A stretch of DNA of 64,000 bases. It comes from an uncultured Bacilli bacterium (GTDB taxonomy: Bacteria; Bacillota_I; Bacilli_A; RF39; UBA660). The position numbers and the translations under genes are program-made. The notes under the pieces were generated by a model that was not told the origin of the DNA, ran no database searches, and worked only from the letters and a program-made list of their open reading frames with translations. Shown piece by piece: positions 59,967 through 64,000 of this stretch (within the stretch, counting starts at the first letter, position 1; every line of letters starts with the position of its first letter). Where the stretch lies: the NCBI GenBank assembly GCA_910587325.1, contig CAJUKB010000002.1:32349-96348 (forward strand), in the 5' to 3' direction.

Positions 59967-60464
59967 TTAAAAATAATATTTAAATAATCTTTTTTCATTG
60001 CCTAACATAGAAGAAGGTCCATGTCCCGGATAGATTTTTATATCATCTTCGTATTTTTCTATTTTCTCTAAACTCTCTTGCATTTCTTTTTCACTTCCTC
60101 CAGGTAAATCCATTCGTCCAATAGTTCCTTGAAATAAAAAGTCTCCTGTAAACATTATTTTTTCTTGTGGAAAATAAAAGGTTAGAGAATCCTTTGAATG
60201 TCCTGGTGTTTTTATTACTTCATAGAAAAACTCTTTTGTCTTTCCATTATGTTGTAAGCCATATTTTTCTTCAAAATAGGACAAAGATCCTACATGGTCA
60301 AAATGATTATGAGTTAGAAAAATACCAACTAACTCTAAGCCTTTTAACTCATTTTCTATTTTTTCGTATTCATCTCCGGGATCTATTAAAATCCCTTTAC
60401 TTTCCTTGCTTACTATATAACAATTTGCTTGCAAAGCTCCAACAGGAATACATTTGATTTGCAT
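59967..60464 (-). CDS. MBL-fold metallo-hydrolase
   Basis: The motif HxHxDH appears as THNHFDHVGS. Length is 165 aa. Confidence 0.7.
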   Translation of the reverse strand: MQIKCIPVGALQANCYIVSKESKGILIDPGDEYEKIENELKGLELVGIFLTHNHFDHVGSLSYFEEKYGLQHNGKTKEFFYEVIKTPGHSKDSLTFYFPQEKIMFTGDFLFQGTIGRMDLPGGSEKEMQESLEKIEKYEDDIKIYPGHGPSSMLGNEKRLFKYYF

Positions 60465-60550
60465 AGAATTTCCTCTTTTCTTTTTTTATTATAACATTCT
60501 TATTAAATAAATTAGAAATTAATGGTATAATGAATTAGTGAAGTATGTAG

Positions 60551-61105
60551 GTGAAGTATATGAATTTTTTTACTGTTTTATTAATCTTTATTATATTAAT
60601 TGCTAGTCTTGCTATAGTCTATATTTCTTACTTTAATAAAATGCAATACTTGAAAACGAAACTAGAAAATGCGGAAGGGATTATCGATGAATTGTTAAGA
60701 AAAAGATACGATATGTTAGCAAGAGCCGATAGTATTGTAAAATCTAGTTTAAACGATGGAAAAGAATATTTTAAAGAGTATATACAGTTAAAGACGCAAA
60801 AAATCACAAACTTTGATATGGACAGAAAATTAAAAGAAGCTTTCAATACTCTTGAAAAATTTAAAGACGATTATCCTGAACTTGGGAGCCATAAAGAACT
60901 AAAGGAAATCTTTACTTCTATCAAAGAATCAGACGAAAAAATAGCAGCTATTACAAGCTATTATAATAAGAATACTAATCTATTAAATGGCTATATACGG
61001 AAATTCCCTTCTAATATTATTGCAAAATTTCATCAATTTAAAATCAGTTCTTTCTTTGATGGTAAAGATATGACAGATGAAATTTATGACGATTTTAAGC
61101 TATAA
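60551..61105 (+). CDS. LemA-family membrane protein
   Basis: A single N-terminal transmembrane helix is followed by a LemA helical domain. Length is 184 aa. Confidence 0.7.
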   Translation: MKYMNFFTVLLIFIILIASLAIVYISYFNKMQYLKTKLENAEGIIDELLRKRYDMLARADSIVKSSLNDGKEYFKEYIQLKTQKITNFDMDRKLKEAFNTLEKFKDDYPELGSHKELKEIFTSIKESDEKIAAITSYYNKNTNLLNGYIRKFPSNIIAKFHQFKISSFFDGKDMTDEIYDDFKL

Positions 61106-61140
61106 AAAACAACCTTTACAATTTTAATGGTTGTTTTTTA
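61105..61140. terminator. bidirectional terminator between lemA and ung
   Basis: The hairpin AACAACC-(14-nt loop)-GGTTGTT is flanked by T-runs on both strands. It overlaps the last codons of ung. Confidence 0.55.
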
Positions 61141-61795
61141 AATCCCAATCAATAGGAGTTATATTATTTTTTATTAAGAAGTTATTTGTTTTAGAAAAAG
61201 GTCTACTACCAAAGAAACCATAACTTGCAGAATAAGGACTTGGATGTGCAGAGGTTAATACCAAATGTTTTGGATTGGTAATTAATACTTTTTTTTCTTT
61301 CGCAAAATTACCCCATAATATAAAAACAACCGGTTCTTCATTATTATTTAATGATTTGATAATATAATCTGTAAGTCGCTCCCACCCTAGTTTTCTATGA
61401 CTTGCCGGTGTATCTTTTACAACCGTTAGTACAGCATTTAATAAAAGCACTCCTTGTTTTGCCCAATAAGTTAAATCTCCTTCATTATAAGGCGTAATTC
61501 CCAAATCACTTTCTAGTTCTTTATAAATATTTTTAAGAGATGGCGGCACTTTAATTCCTTTTTGAACAGAGAAAGATAGTCCATGAGCTTCTCCTTCGCC
61601 ATGATAAGGGTCTTGTCCAACAATTACCACTTTCACATCTTTGTATGGTGTTAACTTTAAAGCATTAAAGATATAATCTTTTGGAGGAAAAATTGTTTTT
61701 GTATTGTATTCATTTTCTACAATACTATAAAACTTTTTAAATCCTTCACTTTCAAATACTATTTTTAGGACTTCATCCCAATCATTATTTAACAT
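61124..61795 (-). CDS. ung: uracil-DNA glycosylase
   Basis: The family-1 UDG motifs GQDPYHG and HPSPYSA are present. Confidence 0.9.
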   Translation of the reverse strand: MLNNDWDEVLKIVFESEGFKKFYSIVENEYNTKTIFPPKDYIFNALKLTPYKDVKVVIVGQDPYHGEGEAHGLSFSVQKGIKVPPSLKNIYKELESDLGITPYNEGDLTYWAKQGVLLLNAVLTVVKDTPASHRKLGWERLTDYIIKSLNNNEEPVVFILWGNFAKEKKVLITNPKHLVLTSAHPSPYSASYGFFGSRPFSKTNNFLIKNNITPIDWDLKNNH

Positions 61796-61796
61796 A

Positions 61797-62549
61797 TTAC
61801 TGCTCCTTTTTTGTTCTTGTTAATTGGTAATCTTTCATTGTTACATAACTATAGCTATGTGTTTGCTCTATAAAACGACCATTAAGAGTTTGAGATACTC
61901 CCCAATCTTTTAAGTCATTACATCCTACTTTTATATTTAAAATATCATGTTCTCGTCCATCAATATATTCATTGATTATTTTTTTATAAATTACTCCAAA
62001 AGGAGCAGTCTGATTTATAATAAAAGTAAAATCTGTAATATTTGGAATCATTGTTTTTATCTCTGGTAGGTAATATTCTAAGAAAACATTGCTTATTTCC
62101 ATTTCTTTTACTAATTTTTGATTGATTTCACTATTTTCAATATAATCTAAATATAAATCTTTACTAATTTCTTGGCAATTTTGTAATACTTTTTGGGCAT
62201 TATCAAATGTTGTAAAAACATCCCCTAATAAAAATGGTAACATATTTTCTAGCTTCTCTAATTCTTCACTTGGTAAATCTTTTGCTAGTTTTTCAAAAAG
62301 TAAAGAAGAAAGTACAAATTCAATATGGTCTCTTTCTAATAAATCTGCTGTTATATCTAAAGGTGTATTTTCATAATCAGGCAGTCCAACGTAATCTGTA
62401 TAAATTATAAAAGGTTGTTCTTTATCCCTATCATACTTATATTCATTTGCTAAATGCATTAAATATTTTATTCGTTCTTGTTCTTCTCCATAAACAAATA
62501 CATGTTGCCAACGTATAATTGCTTCCTTTAACACTTCACTATATTCCAT
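61797..62549 (-). CDS. hypothetical protein
   Basis: A 250-aa ORF with no recognised motif. Confidence 0.45.
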   Translation of the reverse strand: MEYSEVLKEAIIRWQHVFVYGEEQERIKYLMHLANEYKYDRDKEQPFIIYTDYVGLPDYENTPLDITADLLERDHIEFVLSSLLFEKLAKDLPSEELEKLENMLPFLLGDVFTTFDNAQKVLQNCQEISKDLYLDYIENSEINQKLVKEMEISNVFLEYYLPEIKTMIPNITDFTFIINQTAPFGVIYKKIINEYIDGREHDILNIKVGCNDLKDWGVSQTLNGRFIEQTHSYSYVTMKDYQLTRTKKEQ

Positions 62550-62598
62550 ACACTAACCCTCTTATTTAAAGTTTAACATTAAAATTTTTTATTTTCTA

Positions 62599-63036
62599 CT
62601 ATTTATGATAACTTTCATTGTTTCTAATTTTAAAGGCACGATAGATTTGTTCAAGTAATATCCCTCTGAATAATCCATGAGGAAATGTCATTTTGGAAAA
62701 AGAGAGTGCACATTGGCTTAAGCTTTTAATTTTTTTAGATAAACCTAGCGAACTTCCTATTACAAAGGTAATATTGCTATGGGTAATAAATGTTTTGTCT
62801 ATTACACTTGCAAGCTCTTCACTCGTCATTTCTTTACCTTCTATTTCTAAGGTAATAACAAAATCTTTTACTTCTATGTATTTTAAAATGTTTTCCTCTT
62901 CTTTTTCTAAGGAATCTTCATCTTTTAATTCAATGATTTCTAGTTTATGATAACGATTAATTCTTTTTACATAATCATTTACTAACTCTATTAAATACTT
63001 TTCTTTTAACTTTCCCAAGCAAATAATTTTAATCAT
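62599..63036 (-). CDS. rlmH: 23S rRNA (pseudouridine1915-N3)-methyltransferase RlmH
   Basis: It is 145 aa with a SPOUT fold. The N-terminus is MIKIICLGKLKEKYL. Confidence 0.75.
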   Translation of the reverse strand: MIKIICLGKLKEKYLIELVNDYVKRINRYHKLEIIELKDEDSLEKEEENILKYIEVKDFVITLEIEGKEMTSEELASVIDKTFITHSNITFVIGSSLGLSKKIKSLSQCALSFSKMTFPHGLFRGILLEQIYRAFKIRNNESYHK

Positions 63037-63791
63037 ACAACCTCCGTTATACTAGAGCGTTTGGCACAAGTTACTTCTTTAAAGTTTATATCATATTCTT
63101 TAAAAGTTTCGCGGACCATTTCTAATGCTTTTTCTTCAGTATTGTTGATATGACTTAAGTGCATCAAAATAATTTTCTTGGTATGAGGTCCAATAAGTTT
63201 ACTTAAATAGAAAGCAGAATCTTTATTGGATAAATGTCCATAACTACCCACTACTCTTGTTTTTAACCATTTAGGATAGGGGCCATTTAGAAGCATTTCT
63301 ATATCATGGTTGCTTTCAAACAAATAAATCTCTTTATCCTTTAGTAGAGAAAAGTATTTACGATTTACGTAACCAGTATCGGTTACATAAACAACAGATT
63401 TTCCTTTATGTTCTACAATAAAGTTTCTTGCATCGGGGGCATCATGAGATGATTTAAAGCTTTTAATTTTTATATCTTTTAGATATATGTCATCTTCATA
63501 AATAATAATGTTTTCATAAGTTTTAATATCTTCCAAGTCATAAAACATTTGCTGACTTAATAAAACAGTAGTTTTGTAACGATTTACAAATGTTTTTAAA
63601 GCACTTGTGTGGTCTTTATGGGTGTGGCTAATCACAATGTAATCAATTTCTTCAGGAGAAGTACCAATTTCTAAAAGTTTTTCTTTAATGTATTTGGCAT
63701 TTCTCCCTAAATCAATTAGCAGTTTGGTTTCATCGGTTTCTATATAAGTAGAATTTCCTTCAGAACCACTTGCTAAAACAACAACTTTCAT
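63033..63791 (-). CDS. MBL-fold metallo-hydrolase, YycJ/WalJ-like
   Basis: The N-terminus VLASGSEGNSTYIETD and the motif HTHKDH are present. It lies upstream of rlmH as in Bacillus. Confidence 0.7.
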   Translation of the reverse strand: MKVVVLASGSEGNSTYIETDETKLLIDLGRNAKYIKEKLLEIGTSPEEIDYIVISHTHKDHTSALKTFVNRYKTTVLLSQQMFYDLEDIKTYENIIIYEDDIYLKDIKIKSFKSSHDAPDARNFIVEHKGKSVVYVTDTGYVNRKYFSLLKDKEIYLFESNHDIEMLLNGPYPKWLKTRVVGSYGHLSNKDSAFYLSKLIGPHTKKIILMHLSHINNTEEKALEMVRETFKEYDINFKEVTCAKRSSITEVV

Positions 63792-64000
63792 TATCTATAA
63801 TACTTCATTGGATTTTGCCAAACGCCACCTTTATTTGGCTCTCCAATAGATATTCCATAGTGTAAGTGAACTCCTGTTGAGGAACCACTACTTCCCATAT
63901 ATCCAATAACTTCTCCACGTGTCACTCTATCTCCTACATTTACTTCCACATTTTGCATTAAATGGGCATACATCGTATAGAATCCATCTTGGTGATTAAT
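63791..64000 (-). CDS. M23 peptidase, C-terminal part only (5' end beyond the window)
   Basis: The LytM C-terminal motif GYMGSSGSSTGVHLHYG is present and the frame runs open to the window edge. Confidence 0.6.
   Translation of the reverse strand: MNHQDGFYTMYAHLMQNVEVNVGDRVTRGEVIGYMGSSGSSTGVHLHYGISIGEPNKGGVWQNPMKYYR

Overview
This is a low-GC (roughly 27-30%) chromosomal segment from a spore-forming Bacillota genome. It is densely coding, and almost every gene lies on the minus strand. No tRNA, rRNA, CRISPR array or intact mobile element was seen.

Main blocks, left to right:
- 1-8.5 kb: a TspO fragment, PAP2 phosphatase, asnB, an LtaS-like sulfatase and tex.
- 8.6-24.3 kb: a TasA-like secreted protein, trxB, lgt, uvrA, an MFS-like transporter, an SDR oxidoreductase, a degraded Rpn-family nuclease/transposase pseudogene, a glutamine-synthetase-like ligase candidate, a YugP-type Zn peptidase, cysS, a GluRS homolog and a short ClpC-like ATPase.
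- 24.7-38.8 kb: the complete S10-spc-alpha ribosomal cluster (rpsJ through rplQ, with secY, adk, map, infA, rpmJ and rpoA). It lacks L30.
- 39.2-42.7 kb: a three-gene surface cluster (membrane protein, large prepilin-type protein, cadherin-like anchored protein).
- 42.7-51.2 kb: glycolytic genes in the order gap, ABC exporter, pgk, tpi, spo0A, unknown gene, gpmI.
- 51.2-64.0 kb: a TGS/uridine-kinase-like protein, clpP, whiA, ftsE-ftsX with an M23 peptidase, a YitT-family protein, a GerQ-like spore coat protein, two MBL hydrolases, LemA, ung and rlmH.

The most notable observations:
- The GluRS homolog at the canonical gltX position has lost the HIGH, RGEDH and KMSKS motifs while keeping the rest of the protein.
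- A G10 homopolymer sits at codons 14-17 of a gene with a consensus-like promoter next to spo0A, which makes it a candidate phase-variable locus.
- The glycolytic operon is interrupted twice by inserted genes.
- Ribosomal protein L3 carries a roughly 55-residue acidic C-terminal tail.
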